64,000 nt of DNA, taken from the NCBI GenBank assembly GCA_951406725.2, contig OX597819.1, forward strand, positions 112,344,001 to 112,408,000. The letters are read 5' to 3'. Positions 1 to 13,146 of this stretch are shown piece after piece. The translations under genes and the position numbers were made by a program. Position 1 is the stretch's first letter. The number at the start of each line of letters is the position of its first letter. Source of the DNA: Octopus vulgaris (Eukaryota). The notes under the pieces were generated by a model that had not been told where the DNA came from, made no database searches, and worked only from the letters and a program-made list of their open reading frames with translations.

Positions 1-599
1 GGTCCCTGGGTGCATATAGCAGAGTCCATTCTGCTGCAAGTATCCAGACCAGGTCTCCCGTCTATTCCTCCTCTCAATCTTAGTGACCCTGAAAAGGATC
101 ATGGGTGTAGCCCATCCTCATCAATATATACTATCATCACCCTCATCACCACCAACACCATCGTTTTAACCTCCAGTTTTCCAAGGACTTGTCCAACCCA
201 TGCTTGCATGGGTTGGACAAGTCCTTATTCACAGCTAGAGGCCCTCCCTGTTACTAATACCTGGTTTTTTTTTCAAATAAGAGATCCCTTATTCCACACA
301 TCCTTGAAAGCACAGAGCTACAAGATGATTTAATGGGCAGCGTCAACATAAGAATACAGCTCAAATGGTTTCATGCAAAGATGCTGAATGTAAACATTCA
401 GGCAAGCATGCATACAACGACACACACAGACACACACACACAATGGTCCTCCATAAAATTTGTGCCTACCTTTCCATTTACAAGACTTTGCACAGCCAGA
501 GGCTATAGTAAAGGTCATTTAGCCATGTTTCCACATGATGAGGAAGAACTCAAAACCACATTGTTATGAAGAAAACAATGTATTAACTCAGCCGCATCT

Positions 600-1062
600 A
601 TGCCTTCTTTAAGTTTACTGCTAACCAACCTGGAGTGGTCACTCTTTAGCTTCTTGTAGAGAAACTACTTTCCATCCATTGTCAACACCCTCTAAACAGA
701 GAACTTGGTATGTTGCTGATACACAAACATGCACTGAGGTTGTGGCATCTACAACAATTCCTACATGGTGTGTAGGTGTGGTGGCCCTTGTCAGACCTCT
801 ATTTACAAAGTTCATCTCTTTGGTGTATCAAATGAAGACTAAACCTAGCATCTGAAATATTATCAGGTGCCCACAGCCCTCTATCAATTGAACTATGCTA
901 TAAGTGAGACTTCTAAGTTGTATAAAGGACTAGTGGTGAGCTTTTGGAGAAAACTTTGGAGGTCAATGAGAATCAACTAGTTAGTTGGTGCATGTACTTC
1001 CTCTTTCAGTGCACTTGTGGCAAATAAAGGTCATCATCATCATCATCATCATCGTCATTATC
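600..1062 (+). mobile_element. Degenerate 3' end of a non-LTR retrotransposon ending in AATAAAGG-(TCA)n
   Basis: Non-repetitive-looking stretch ending in aaataaaggtcatcatcatcatc, a typical LINE 3' tail; no intact ORF. Confidence 0.35.
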
Positions 1063-1064
1063 AC

Positions 1065-1638
1065 TGAGGCAGTGAGCCGGCAGAATCATTAGCATGCTTA
1101 GCGGCGTTTTGTCAGTCCTTATGTTCTGAGTTAAAATTCTGCCAAGGTCAACTTTGCCTTTTATCTTTTCATGATTGATGAAATAAGTACCAGTTATGCA
1201 CTGGGGTCAATGCACTGGGGTTATGCACTGACTTGACTCTTACACCAAAATTTCAGGCCTTGTTCCTATAGTAGAAAGGTGAACTGACAGAATCATTAGC
1301 ATGCTGGGCAAAAGGCTTAGCAGCATTTCGTTCATCTTTACATTCTGAGTTCAAATTCTGCCAAGGTTGACTTTGCCTTTCGTCCATTCAGAGTCGATAA
1401 AATAGGTACAAGTAGAACACTGGGGTCAATGTAATCGACTCATCCCCACCTCCCACAAGCTGCACTTGTGGCAAAAATTTGAAATAATTATTATTATTTT
1501 TATTTGAATTGATAGTATTGTCAGAGCATCAGAAAAAAACATGCCTTGTGGTATTTGTTCCAGCTCTTTACATTCTAAGTTCAAATGCCTCTGAGGTCAG
1601 CTTAACCTTTCATCTATTCAGGCTCAATAAAATTAAAC
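1065..1638 (+). mobile_element. Head-to-tail cluster of about 3 family-1 SINE copies
   Basis: Repeated ggcagtgagc..cagaatcattagca..ttctgagttcaaattctgccaaggtcaactttgcctt..ataagtaccag modules at ~1067, ~1277 and ~1505. Confidence 0.8.
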
Positions 1639-1639
1639 A

Positions 1640-2421
1640 TTGAGTCATCTTATAATAATGTGTTTTTTTTTTAATACTTCTTTTATTTTTCAAAATTAAG
1701 ATAAACAAAGTTCTTTATACTCTGAAATATACTCTCCTTCATTTTCTACAATGTTCTTCCATCTATCTGGTAGGCTAGCAAGGCCCCTCTTCCAAAATTC
1801 ACTTGTCCATGACAAAAAATACTCCTCCAGTATTGTTCTGACCTCATCTACAGAGTTTATATTTTTTCTGTTCAAATGATTTTGAAGACTGCAGCATAAA
1901 TGATAATCAGATGGGGCAATGTCCAGCGAATATGGTGGGTGCAGCATCATTTCCCATTCAAACTGCTCCAGCCTTTGGAATTTCACCCTTGCTGTATGTG
2001 GCCAAGCATTATCCTGATGAAAGAACACCTTTCATCTTGAAACCAAAGATAGTCATTTTTCTTCTAGCGCTGACTTAACCCTTTAGTGTTTAAACCGGCC
2101 ATATCCGGCCCAAGTATTCTACATGTTTTATATTCAAACTGGCCATATCTAGCCTCTCACACCTAACCTACAGTGACATTCTAAAAATAAACAATCACAT
2201 CATTGAAACCTCAAAGCTATAACATAATGCATGATTAATTCAAAACAATTTGAGTGAAAAAGTATTACATTTAATAGAGAAATTTGAACACCAAAGGGTT
2301 AAACCACTCAAGCTGCTCACCAAACAGTTTTGTTATCGTTTGGTTTGGGTTTAAAAGTTCAAAGTGGACCAAACCTTTCATATCCCACCAAACAGTTAAC
2401 AACATCTTACATGGGTAAAGA
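1640..2421 (-). pseudogene. Mariner (DD34D) transposase relic, C-terminal half, interrupted by a piggyBac MITE
   Basis: Minus-strand translation LLTVWWDMKGLVHFELLNPNQTIT (2303-2420), then HQDNAWPH...HPPYSLDIAPSDYHL...LPDRWKNIVENEGEY (1696-2028), matching mariner HDNARPH and YSPDLAPSDY motifs; degenerate TIR-like end near 1640. Confidence 0.92.
2079..2298. mobile_element. piggyBac-type MITE nested in the mariner relic
   Basis: TTAA duplication at 2075-2078 and 2299-2302; 16-bp TIRs ccctttagtgtttaaa and (reverse complement) ccctttggtgttcaaa; second copy at 40714-40930. Confidence 0.88.
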
Positions 2422-2624
2422 CATGGTGGTGGTGGTGGTGTTTCATAGTTTAGCCTCAGGTCAGCACTAAACAAGCAGACCCCATAATCAGAAGTCATCC
2501 AACCCATGACCATCTCATCTGATCACACTGTGCGTCTAGAACTACATCATTATGTAATCCATTATAACCCTTTTTTAAAAAAAGGATGTGGTGTTATTGG
2601 AGGGAAATTTGGCTACTATTTCAA

Positions 2625-4530
2625 GTTAGTGATGGTGATTGTTAACGGTGGTGGCTGTACTGGTGGTTACAGTTGCAGTAGTGATTGTCAGTGGTGCTGG
2701 TGGTGTGTTAACAGTAGTAGTGATAGTATGATGGTAGCGGTGTGTTGTTTATAGAAATGGTGGTGATGTGTTGCTAGTGATAATAGGAGTGGTGGAGATG
2801 TTGGTGGTGATGCCTTATTAATGATGGTGAAGTGGTGGTGGTGGTGGTGGTGATAATGAAGGGTGTTAACAATAGCAGTGTTGAGGATAGTACTGTAAAT
2901 GATGGGGATGGTGGTGGTAATTGTTAACTATGATGATGATGATGATTACTGTTGCTGCTGTCATTTATCCCAGAAGGAGGAGATGGGGCGTGGGGTCCTC
3001 TGTCTAAATACACATCTGATCAAAGCCATTCAAACCATTCACGAGCACCCTGGTCTTTTTCATCAAAACATTAGGATCTATTAGAAAGGGGAATTTAGGC
3101 TGCTGTTTCTAGCAAGTCAAAGCCACTGCGTAACGGCATCAGACGATGTATACACACATATAACGGCGATGAGTTTGGTGATAACAATGATGATTGTGCC
3201 TGGTGTTTGTTGCTATGGAGATGATAATGGCGGCAGTTGCAACGATGACGGTGTAGGCAACTGTTTACAATAATGACGACAACAATAATAATGATAATAA
3301 TAATAATAATAACAGCAGCTAAAGTAATAATGGTAGTGATGGCCATAGTTATTTTATATTTCATCCTGTTCGCTTTACTTATATATATATATATATTCAT
3401 GTATTCTTCCTTTACTCCAGCATCTTCATACATCTTAAATTGATGTATTCAAACATACTTGTCGCAGTGACGCTACAGCAAACCAGGTTGCATGATGGTG
3501 ATGGTGGCAGTAGTGGTAGTAGTAGTGATGGCGATAGTAGTAGTAGTGAAGGTGGTGGTAGTGGTGGAAGTGGTTTTGGTAATAGTGGCAGTGGTGGTGG
3601 TGGTGGTGGTGATGGCAATAACAGTTATGAAGATGGCAGTGGTAGTTGTAGTAGTGATGGTAGTTGCAGCAGTGATGGTAGTTGAGGCGGTAGCGGAGAC
3701 GGTGGTGACTGTGGTAGTAGTGACATAGTGACGGCGGTGGTGGTTCTGGTAATAGTGGCACTAATAGAGATGGCAGTACTAGTAGGGAAGGTGGTAATGG
3801 TTGTAGTAGTGTAGTAGTTATGGCAGTAGTGGAGGTGGTGATGGTAGTGACATAGTGACAGTGGTGGTGGTGGTTGCAGTATTCACGGTGGTAGTGTTGG
3901 TGTGACATTAGTGAACGCCGTGATGGTGATGTTGGTTAAGAGTTTGTGGTGATGGTATTGGTCATAGTGGTGTGGTGGTAGGAGAGTTTTGGTGATGGTC
4001 TGTGGTTGTGGTGATAGGGCTGTTGCGGAATGAGGCGGTTGTGATGGTGGAGATAGTGATATGGTGACAGCAGGGGGTAATAACAGTGGTGGTGGTGGTG
4101 GTGGTGCTGCTGCTGCTGCTGTTGCTGATGTTCGGGGGGGGGGGCAAGGTGGCAGTGAGGGGGTGAGTGGGGTACAGGTGATAGTGAAGGTGGGATAGAA
4201 ATAAGTGGGAGGGGATGGGAGGGTGAAGGCAGGGTTAGAGATAGGGGTGACAGTGGAGGTGGCGGGGTTGGAGGTGGCATGGGTGGAGGGATGGGAGGTG
4301 GCGAGGGGTGATGGTGAAGGGCGATGAATGTGAGGTGAAGGTGAGGGTGGGGCGATGGTGGTGGTGGTTGTTGTGGGGACGGGGTGGTAGTAGTGGTGGT
4401 GGTGCAGGTTATGGTGGTGAAGGTATGAAAAGGGTGAACATATAGGTTGGGTGGTGATGGTAATAATGGTAACAGTGATGGGACATAGGGTGGGGGAAGA
4501 GCATTAGACAGGGAAGGAGGGTGAGGGATG
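2625..4530. repeat. Degenerate GGT/GAT/GTA trinucleotide low-complexity region, G-rich at 4130-4530
   Basis: Long runs of ggt/gat/agt triplets that generate the spurious poly-H/P/V ORFs. Confidence 0.85.
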
Positions 4531-4595
4531 AAGGGGAAATTACCACTGCTTATTCTAATGGTTTAAAATAGTATACTAAACCAAGTACTACTTAC

Positions 4596-4635
4596 TACTA
4601 GATACAAAACTATACTGAATTTAATACGTCAACAA
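4596..4635 (-). other. Candidate 40-nt exon of the minus-strand transcript
   Basis: Acceptor cttttccatttttattgcAG and donor GTAAGT; stops in all three frames. Confidence 0.35.
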
Positions 4636-4687
4636 CTGCAATAAAAATGGAAAAGCCCAAACATTTACAGGAGAGATTCAGCTAAAC

Positions 4688-5117
4688 CAATGCTTCCCAA
4701 CCATTTTTTTACCTGTAGGCCCCTTTGACACTAATTTTCTTGGATGGACCCTTACAGCTTTTGTATGTTTAAAACGTCCTGCTATGTTTGTATAAGCTAT
4801 TTATTATGCATAAAGCTTGATTTCATATTTTGGTACAAGGCCAGCAAGTTGGTGGGAGGACGGGTAAGTCGATTACATTGACCCCAGTGCTTAATTGGTA
4901 CTTATTTTATTGACCCCCCTCCCCCCAGAAAAGATGAAAGGCAAAGTCATAGAATTTGAACCTCAGAATGTAAAGACAGATAAAATGCCGCTAAGCACTT
5001 TGCCTGGCATGCTAACGATTCTACCAGCCTGTTGCTGCCTTAATTGCACATAAATTTTAATAACAAAATTTTATATGGACCTCCAAGAGCTATGTGGACC
5101 CTGGTTGAGAAACACTG
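4688..5117. mobile_element. hAT-type MITE with a nested family-1 SINE (~4825-5045, minus)
   Basis: TIRs caatgcttcccaacc / ggttgagaaacactg; 8-bp TSD agctaaac / agctaaaa. Confidence 0.8.
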
Positions 5118-5563
5118 AGCTAAAACCATTAATAATACTTTCTAGCAAACACACAAAGCCATACATTCGGAAGAGGAAACAGTGAAGCCCAGTAAATGAC
5201 TGGTAATGAGTTTATTGACTTCAGAAAGAGAAAGGTAAGACAAAGGAGAGAACATGAAGGAATTTCAGGTGAGAACACAAAAGACACATAACTAAATACT
5301 ACAAAACATTTTGTTGGGTGCTCTACTGATTCCATCATCCACTCATATCAGTATAATCTTTTATCCTTTGCTTGTTTGAAACATTGGACTGTGGTCATGC
5401 TGGGTTTAGTCAGACAAATCAACCTCTGAACATTTTTTTAAAAATCTGTTACATATTCTATCAATCTCTTTGGCTGAACCATTAAGTTATAGGGATGTAA
5501 ACAAACCAATACCAGTTATCAAGCAGTGATGCAGGACAGACACAAACACCCTTACATAATAAT

Positions 5564-5945
5564 CATCATCGTCATCTTCGTTTAGCGTCCGCTTTCCATG
5601 CTAGCATGGGTTGGACGGTTCAACTGGGGTCTGGGAAGCCAGAAGGCTGCACCAGGCCCAGTCTGATCTGGCAATGTTTCTACGGCTGGATGCCCTTCCT
5701 AACGCCAACCACTCCGTGAGTGTAGTGGGTGCTTTTTACGTGCCAGACGAGGCTGGCAAACGGCCACGATCAGATGGTGCTTTTTACATGCCACCGGTAC
5801 GGGGGCCAGGTGAGGCTGGCAATGGCCACAATTGGATGGTGCTTTTTACGTGCCACTGGCACGAGGCCCGTTGGGGCGGCACTGGCAATGACCACGTTCG
5901 GATGGCTCTCTTATGTACCACCGGCACTGGTATCACAGCTGCAAT
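5564..5945 (-). mobile_element. Truncated RTE 3'-UTR copy with internal tandem units
   Basis: Same sequence as the 3' UTR of the RTE at 46569-47135; (GAT)n tail. Confidence 0.85.
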
Positions 5946-5993
5946 TTCCATTGATGTTGATCGATTTCGATTTTGATTTTGGATTTTCACTTG

Positions 5994-6038
<45 letters not shown>

Positions 6039-6587
6039 TATGCATACAATAAGCTTCTGTCAGTCTCCCTACCAAATCACAAGCCCAATGCTACAGCAAA
6101 TAATACTTGCCCAAGGTGCCACATTGTGGTATTGAACCTGCACCTGTAGACATCACTGCTCATTTAAGTTTACAAATGCATGCTTGTTAAACTGCATGAA
6201 AGTTTAGCTGTTAATAAGTAGCTTTGATTCAAAGCATCAAAAGTTTCACTCAGTGATTGGGGAAATTAGAAGGAATCATTGATTGGGGATCAATTCAGTT
6301 CCATTCTTAGAAATGTGTGGTCTTCTGCCAAAATAGCAGAAATCATTAGAAGGTGGTTAATTATTTCAGCAGAAATTATAAATTAATTTTTATTAATTCC
6401 TCTGATATACCATCCAATCTAAGAATACTTCTGGTTCCAACATAAACATCTTCAGTTTTAAAATGTTAACGTAAAAATTAAAACCTCATGAGACAATTTT
6501 ATGTCAAAAAACCTTTTTGTTACGTTATGGTCCAAGCACCAAAGTTGATTATTTTACTAAGATCTTCAAAATTCTTGATTATTTTTG

Positions 6588-7413
6588 TCTTTTATCTTTT
6601 ACTTGTTTCAGTCATAAGATCACAGCCATGCTGAAGAATTTTAGTCAAACGAATTGACCCTAGTACTTTTTCCTATTTCTTTATTGCCCCTCTAAACAGA
6701 GGGGACAAACAAGGACAGACAAAGGGATTAAGTCAATTACATCAACCCCAGTGCATAACTGGTACTTAATTTATCGACCCCGAAAGGATGAAAGGCAAAG
6801 TTGACCTCAGTGGAATTTGAACTCAGAACGTAATGGCAGACGAAATACTGCTAAGAATTTCGCTGGCACGCTAATGTTTCTGCCAGCTCACCGCCTTAAG
6901 CCTGGTACTTATTCTATTGATTTCTTACCAAACTGCTAAGTTACAAAGACATAAACAAACCAACACTGGTTGTCAAGCAGTGTGTGTGTGGGTGGAGGAA
7001 CAAATGTAGACACAAAGAAACATACACAGATATATATATATATATTTCTTTATTGCCCACAAGGGGCTAAACATAGAGGGGACAAACAAGGACAGACAAA
7101 GGGATTAAGTCGATTACATCGATCCCAGTGCGAAACTGGTACTTTATTTATCGACCCCAAAAGGATGAAAGGCAAAGTCGACCTCGGCGGAATTTGAACT
7201 CAGAACGTAACAACAGATGAAATACCGCTAAGCATTTCGCCCGGCGTGCTAACGTGTCTGTCAGCTCACCGCCTTTATATAGATATATATTTCAAGTTTG
7301 TTTCAGTTGCTGCCTATCAAAACTACTCTCAAGGATTTGGTAGAAGATACCATTGCAATGGGACTGAGCCCAGAACCATGTGGCTGTGAAGCAAACTTCT
7401 TACCACACAGCCA
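6588..7413 (-). mobile_element. Family-2 tRNA SINE carrying two nested family-1 SINEs (~6675-6898 and ~7043-7275)
   Basis: Family-2 head (ggctgtgtggtaagaagtttgcttc) and tail (tgactgaaacaagtaaaag) are split by two near-complete family-1 copies. Confidence 0.85.
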
Positions 7414-9061
7414 CTAGAAATATGGTGAATACAGCATTAAACAAAAAATATAAACAGAAAATATAAACAAATGCACGGTGGGGTGTGTACTCATTCATCC
7501 ACAACTTTGTCAGCATGTGAAAGTGAGAGGAAAGACTTCACTTTCCTTCATTGGATGAGTCCTATAACAGAGTAGGGATGTTGAGCAGCAGACAACCATC
7601 TTCTCTAGCTGACATAGTGGAGGTACCTAGCCAAAAGAGTCAAAATGATGAAGCCTGTTTGAACAAAGACAGTCTTTTGATTCAGTGATAAGCCTTAGTT
7701 TTGGCCTCCCATGTGTTGTTTGACCGGCATGAAACACCAGTCAATTTTCCTTCAAATCATATTTGACTACCATAAAATAAGGAAGGGCATGTTGAGTAAT
7801 ATAATCTTTGATATACTACAGATGAATAAAAGATGGGATTGTCACAGAAGAGTGCATAAGAGAGAGAGAGAGCTTATAGATTTGAAAGCATATGTGAAAG
7901 TGGTACGCAAATGTGTGTGTGTAAGAGAGAGAGAGAACAGATGCAAAAGAGAATATGTCAACTCTGACTGTAGAGATCTGAATCACTGCCAGGACCAACA
8001 CAACCACAACTACTGCTATTACTATGACAACCACTATCATCACTCACCACTGCTGCCAACACCCTTACAATTACAACACTACAACTACCATCACAATCAC
8101 TTCCACTGCAACCATTGTCACTACTATTACAATCACCTCAACTACTAACATTACAAATCACACTCACCACAACTATTGCCACTAAGGGTTAGCAACAGAA
8201 AGAGCATCTAGCTATCAAATAATGTCTCAGTATTAGTATTGTCTAACCCATGCTAGCACAGATAAATGTATGTAAAACAACAAATGAATGAATGAACTCA
8301 GACAGAGCTACCAACTCACTGCATTGTATTGTAAATGGCTGAGTATTCCACAGGCACTCATAGCCTGACTCTCCATCAGTTATGAAGACAAGTCTTCTAG
8401 TTGATACCACCAATCAAACAGCCTGATTGTGAAATTAACATGCAAGTAGGTCAGCACTCCACAGACACACAAACCCTTAAAATCTTTATCAGGGAGACTC
8501 AACACAGAGTGAATTAAAGGTACAACTCATTTTAGCCAGATGAGTGAACTGGAGCAATGAGAAATAAAGTGTTTTGCTCAAGGACACAATGTGTCACCAG
8601 GATTCGAACCCACACCTCACAATCGTAAGCAGAATATTCTAGCCACTAAGCCAGGCACCTTCCAGCCTTAACATAATGCTCAGCCAGAGTCAATATGACA
8701 CTATATGACCAAGCTCAAATCAACACACTTGATTGGCTCCCACACAGTGTCTGTCTTTTCACTTTCACTCATAGGCTTTCGGCCGACTCGATGTCTTGGT
8801 ATAAGACACTTATCTAAGGTGCCAAGCAATGACATTGAAGCATTCAGGCTAAATCTGTCATTATATTTAACACCATCAACCCATATCTTGGATGCTTTTA
8901 GCCCCAAAGTGCCAGGTGGTAATATTAAAACTACAACCCATGTAGTCAATGACAAGATTTGAACTCAGAATGCAAACAACTGGAGCAAATACTGCAAAGT
9001 ATTCAATCTGAGATTCTTACGATTCTGCCCAATCCACCTCTAAGGATCAGCTTCTTCCTGA

Positions 9062-9295
9062 GTCATACAGAACCCATAGGGCAGGTTTCCTGGATTCTGT
9101 GGCACATATATTCCTTGTCTTGATGGGATGTTGATCCACCACAGAATTACTCATTTTTTGCCTGCTGAGTGGACTGGAACAATGTGAAATAAAGTGTCTT
9201 GCTCAAGAACACAATGCATCACCCAGTCCAGGAATTGAAATCATAATCTTACAATTATGAGTCCAGCACTAACCACTAAACCATATGCCTCCACA
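9062..9295 (-). mobile_element. Family-3 tRNA-headed SINE (other copies at ~8525-8664, 20895-21126, 32945-33165, 45425-45625 minus; 38350-38600, 56437-56680 plus)
   Basis: Head ggaggcatatggtttagtggttag with box A/B-like motifs; body ttgtgttcttgagcaagacactttatttcacattgttccagtccactcagc. Confidence 0.8.
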
Positions 9296-9816
9296 TCTTG
9301 AAGTATTAGTTGATACTTTTTATCAACTCCAAAAGATGAAAGGCAAAATTGACCTCAGTGGCATTTGAACTCACTATCACATGCATGCATGCACACACAC
9401 TTACACACATGCATGCATACACCTTGTCCAGGGTTCTCGAGCACTATAGAATAAATACATAATAAAGCAGTATATATTTATATTTATTGTTGGGATCACC
9501 TACTTTCTATATCTTGATATGTTATTTGCTCCTCCTTATACTAGATAAGTATGGAAATATTGTGCTAGCTTTTCTTGGTGAAGATTTTTCTTTCCTCAGA
9601 TGAATAATTAAAGATAAGAATGGTTGTGGTGGTAGAAATATGGGGAGAACCTGTGAATGAGCAAATGTGTTTGTGTATGTTTCTGTGTCTTGTGCATTTC
9701 ATATATATATAGTATGTGTGTGTGGTGTATAATAAATATATATATATATGTACGCGTATGTACATTGTGCATGTATACACACACACATACACACAACAAA
9801 TATATATATATATATA

Positions 9817-9991
9817 TCATCATCGTTTAACGTCTGTTTTCCATGCTAGCATGGGTTGGATGGTTTCACTGGGGACTGGCAAGCCAGTAGGCTGTACCAG
9901 GATCCAATATGATCTGGCAAGTTTTCTACAGCTAGATGCCCTCCTTAATGCCAACCACTCTGAGAGTGTAGTGGATGCTTTTTTACGTGCC
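9817..9991 (-). mobile_element. Truncated RTE 3'-UTR copy
   Basis: catcatcgtttaacgtc..ccatgctagcatgggttgga..gatgccct..aatgccaaccactc. Confidence 0.85.
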
Positions 9992-10009
9992 ATAATATGA
10001 CTATATTGT

Positions 10010-10410
10010 ACAGAGGTTTGCTTCCTAACAATGTAATTTGGGGTTCAGTTTCACTACACAGCACCTTGAATAAGTATCTTCTCGTATAGCGCACATGGAC
10101 CAAAGCTTTAGAGTGCAGTTTGAACGTGAAAGTGAAACTGAAAGACCACTGCATGCTTGTGTGTGTGTGTTGCATGTGTGTCTGTGTGTTTGTTTACATC
10201 TGCGATCATTTGTGCAGCAAGTGCACTGAGTGATACCATTGTCAGTTTCACCTGTCAACAAACAGTTCGGTATACTTCATTCCTCTAAAACCTTGCGGAA
10301 TAAGTAATACTTTACTTGGAAAGTAGGTAAGGGTTAGCATCAGGAAGGACACCCAGCTCTAAGACTTTGCTTCAAGACATTTATCCAGTTCATGCAACAT
10401 AAAATGAATA
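10010..10410 (+). mobile_element. SINE with family-2 head and RTE-type tail (similar copies at ~18800-19230 and ~31240-31640)
   Basis: Head tttgcttcctaac..ggttcagtttcact..caccttgaataagtatcttct; tail ggttagcatcaggaaggacacccagct. Confidence 0.6.
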
Positions 10411-10459
10411 CACTCACACATACATACATATATATATATACATACATATATATATATAT

Positions 10460-10708
10460 ACGGCACATAAAAAGCACCAACCGATCGTGGCCGATGCCAG
10501 ACCCCTCTGGCACCTGTGCAGGTGGCACGTAAAAAGCACCTGCTACACTCGCGGAGTGGTTGGCGTTAGGAAGGGCATCCAGCTGTAGAAACACTGCCAG
10601 ATCAGACTGGAGCCTGGAGCAGCCCCTGGCTTCCCAGACCCCGGTCGAACCGTCCAACCCGTGCTAGCGCGGAAAACGGACGTTAAACGATGATGATGAT
10701 GATGATGA
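10460..10708 (+). mobile_element. Young truncated RTE 3'-UTR copy
   Basis: Near-identical to 46900-47135; CpGs retained; (GAT)n tail. Confidence 0.9.
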
Positions 10709-10800
10709 TACATATATAAATACATACATACATATATACAGATACATACATATATATAGATACATACATATATATAGATACATACATATATATAGATACA

Positions 10801-10872
<72 letters not shown>

Positions 10873-10891
10873 TACATATATATATATATAC

Positions 10892-10950
<59 letters not shown>

Positions 10951-11107
10951 TACATATATGCAGATACATACATATATACATACATATAGATACATACATA
11001 AATACACATACATAAATACACATACATACATACTGTTTCAGTCATTAGACTGTGACCTTCCATACACACACACACACACACACACGTACATACATACATA
11101 TACATAT
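10709..11107. repeat. (TA)n/(CATA)n/(CA)n compound microsatellite
   Basis: Direct reading. Confidence 0.95.
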
Positions 11108-11499
11108 GCGTACTTGTTCAGTAAGAAATCGTCAAACCCTCATACGTTGTCTAATGACAGGGGAGTCCATTATTATATATGTGCTGGTGCATAAACACAC
11201 ATATATACATATGTGAATGTGTATGTATGCTTGTGATGTCTCCATGTTTACGTGTTTGTTTGTACATATGTGGACATATCAATAAACTGACAATGCTTGA
11301 AGCACATCTCAAAAAACTTTTAAACATATTACATCAAAGCTGATGACCAAAACATGTAAAAGATAAAAAACAAATAACATAAATATATAACTTCATCAAT
11401 TTTTTTTCTCCGTCAGTCAAAATTTATACTTGAGTCAACAAGCCACAACGAAGTGAATAGATACAAGTTTTAAGCAACTACTGCAGCATTAGCCGTAAT

Positions 11500-11720
11500 A
11501 TATTTCTTTACTACCCACAAGGGGCTAAACATAGTGGGGACAAACAAGGAAAGACAAAGGGATTAAGTCGATTACATCGACCCAGTGCATAACTGGTACT
11601 TTATTTATCGACCCCGAGAGGATGAAAGGCAAAGTCGACTTCGGCGGAATTTGAACTCAGAACGTAACGACAGACGAAATATGGCTACTCATTTCACCCG
11701 GCGTGCTAACGTTTCTGCCG
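11500..11720 (-). mobile_element. Young family-1 SINE (similar copies at 20247-20480 plus; 52588-52827 and 57157-57378 minus)
   Basis: Core cgacccc..aggatgaaaggcaaagtcgac..ggcggaatttgaactcagaacgtaac; tail tatttctttactacccacaaggggctaaac. Confidence 0.9.
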
Positions 11721-12579
11721 ATCAGTTGAGGATACTGTTCAATCAGACAACAATATCATCATCATCACCATTTTACATTGCTTCCCATGCTGATATGGTT
11801 GGATAGGTTGTCACAGTTCAAGTCCTTATTTAGAGTTACTGCTTTCCTAAGTGTGGTCCCACAACCACACCTTGATTGTACATTTCATTTTGGTATGATT
11901 TCTGTGGGTGGATGCCCTTCTTCCTAACACCAGTCCCTTTACAAATGTGTATCAGATGTATTTTATCATAACACCTGTAATAGAGAGATTGTTATGTCCT
12001 CAACATGGGAAGATTAAAAGGGTCTTCCCAACTCTTTCATGGCTCCACTAGGTGAACTTTAATTTTAGTTTCTAGAATTGCATGATCAAACCAAGTGCAT
12101 GCATCCTAGCATGCTCATTTCACAATATGGATATGTGCAAAACAAACTGGGATGCATTTATGTGTGAAGCCAAAGAAGATAATGAAACACAGTTCAGTCC
12201 TCCGACTTCTGTTGGATATTGTTGAGCCATCCAACCCATATTAGCAAGGAAGACAGACATTAGATGATGACGCATCATGAACTTCTTCAGATATCAAAGT
12301 GATATGGTAAATGTATGATGACAGAATTATCAATATATGTTCAAACCGCACTCTAACACAACTCTTGATAAAAACTAGGAATAGAGACCCTTGAGTGACA
12401 AATAGACACTCATTAAGAAAATCAAGAAATTAAATACAAAAATAAATCTATATCAAATAAAATAATACCAGCTGCAGCACCCACAATCAACAGAAATAAC
12501 AATCAAAGGACCTCAGAGAAAGATTGGGTCATTGAGAAAATTGAACACTGTCTAACAGTGTCTAAATATATTCAACTTA

Positions 12580-13146
12580 TGAGGTTTGATCAAAAAGCAT
12601 CAGGACTGCTGCTATGGTAACAGAGCCAAAGTGTGTAGAGTGAAGCCATTAGGCACAGATTGACCTTGAAAACTGTCATCCATGCACAAACATAAGTTAT
12701 ATCATTCTCATTCACTTCTGTTGTTTAAAGAAGTGCTTGGAAGTAAAGTGTGTAGAGCGTGGTCTTTCTAAAAAGAAGATTGGGTTTCAGCTACACAGGA
12801 GCTCTTTGATTGTGCTGAGAAAGACAAAAACGTTTTGAAAATGGTTGTAGCAGGTGACAAATCGTAGGTCTGTGGCTATGACCTTGAAACTGAGGTTCAG
12901 TCTTTGCAGTGGAAGACCCCAACAAAAATTTCAAGACATCGAGGATATCCAAGAGAATGTGATGAAGCAGCTGCCTGCTATCCCAAAATAGGAGTTCCAG
13001 GAATGTTTCCATCAATGGAAACGATGTTGAAAAAAGTGTGTGGCTTTAGAAAGGGACCATTTCAAAGGAGATTAAATGGCCAATTGATATGTGTTGTAGT
13101 TTTCTTTTCACAGCACCAGTCCTCAATACTTATTCGTCAGACCTAG
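12580..13146 (+). mobile_element. Internally deleted mariner element with both TIRs
   Basis: TA on both sides (12578-12579, 13147-13148); ~30-bp imperfect TIRs tgaggtttgatcaaaaagcatcaggactg / cagtcctcaatacttattcgtcagacctag; residual peptides GDKS*VCGYDLETEVQSLQWKTP and ECFHQWKRC*KKCVALERDHFKGD*. Confidence 0.85.

Noticed and set aside
3459-3472. 14-nt microexon-like motif (tgctgtAG|...|GTATGT, minus)
   Set aside because: Not frame-preserving and has no polypyrimidine tract; chance occurrence is plausible
3095-4280. His/Pro/Gly/Val-rich ORFs
   Set aside because: Degenerate trinucleotide repeats open in many frames on both strands
10543-11105. YI/CV/HT-repeat ORFs (also at 16.9-17.8, 37.7-38.4 and 55.4-56.1 kb)
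   Set aside because: Dinucleotide microsatellite artefacts
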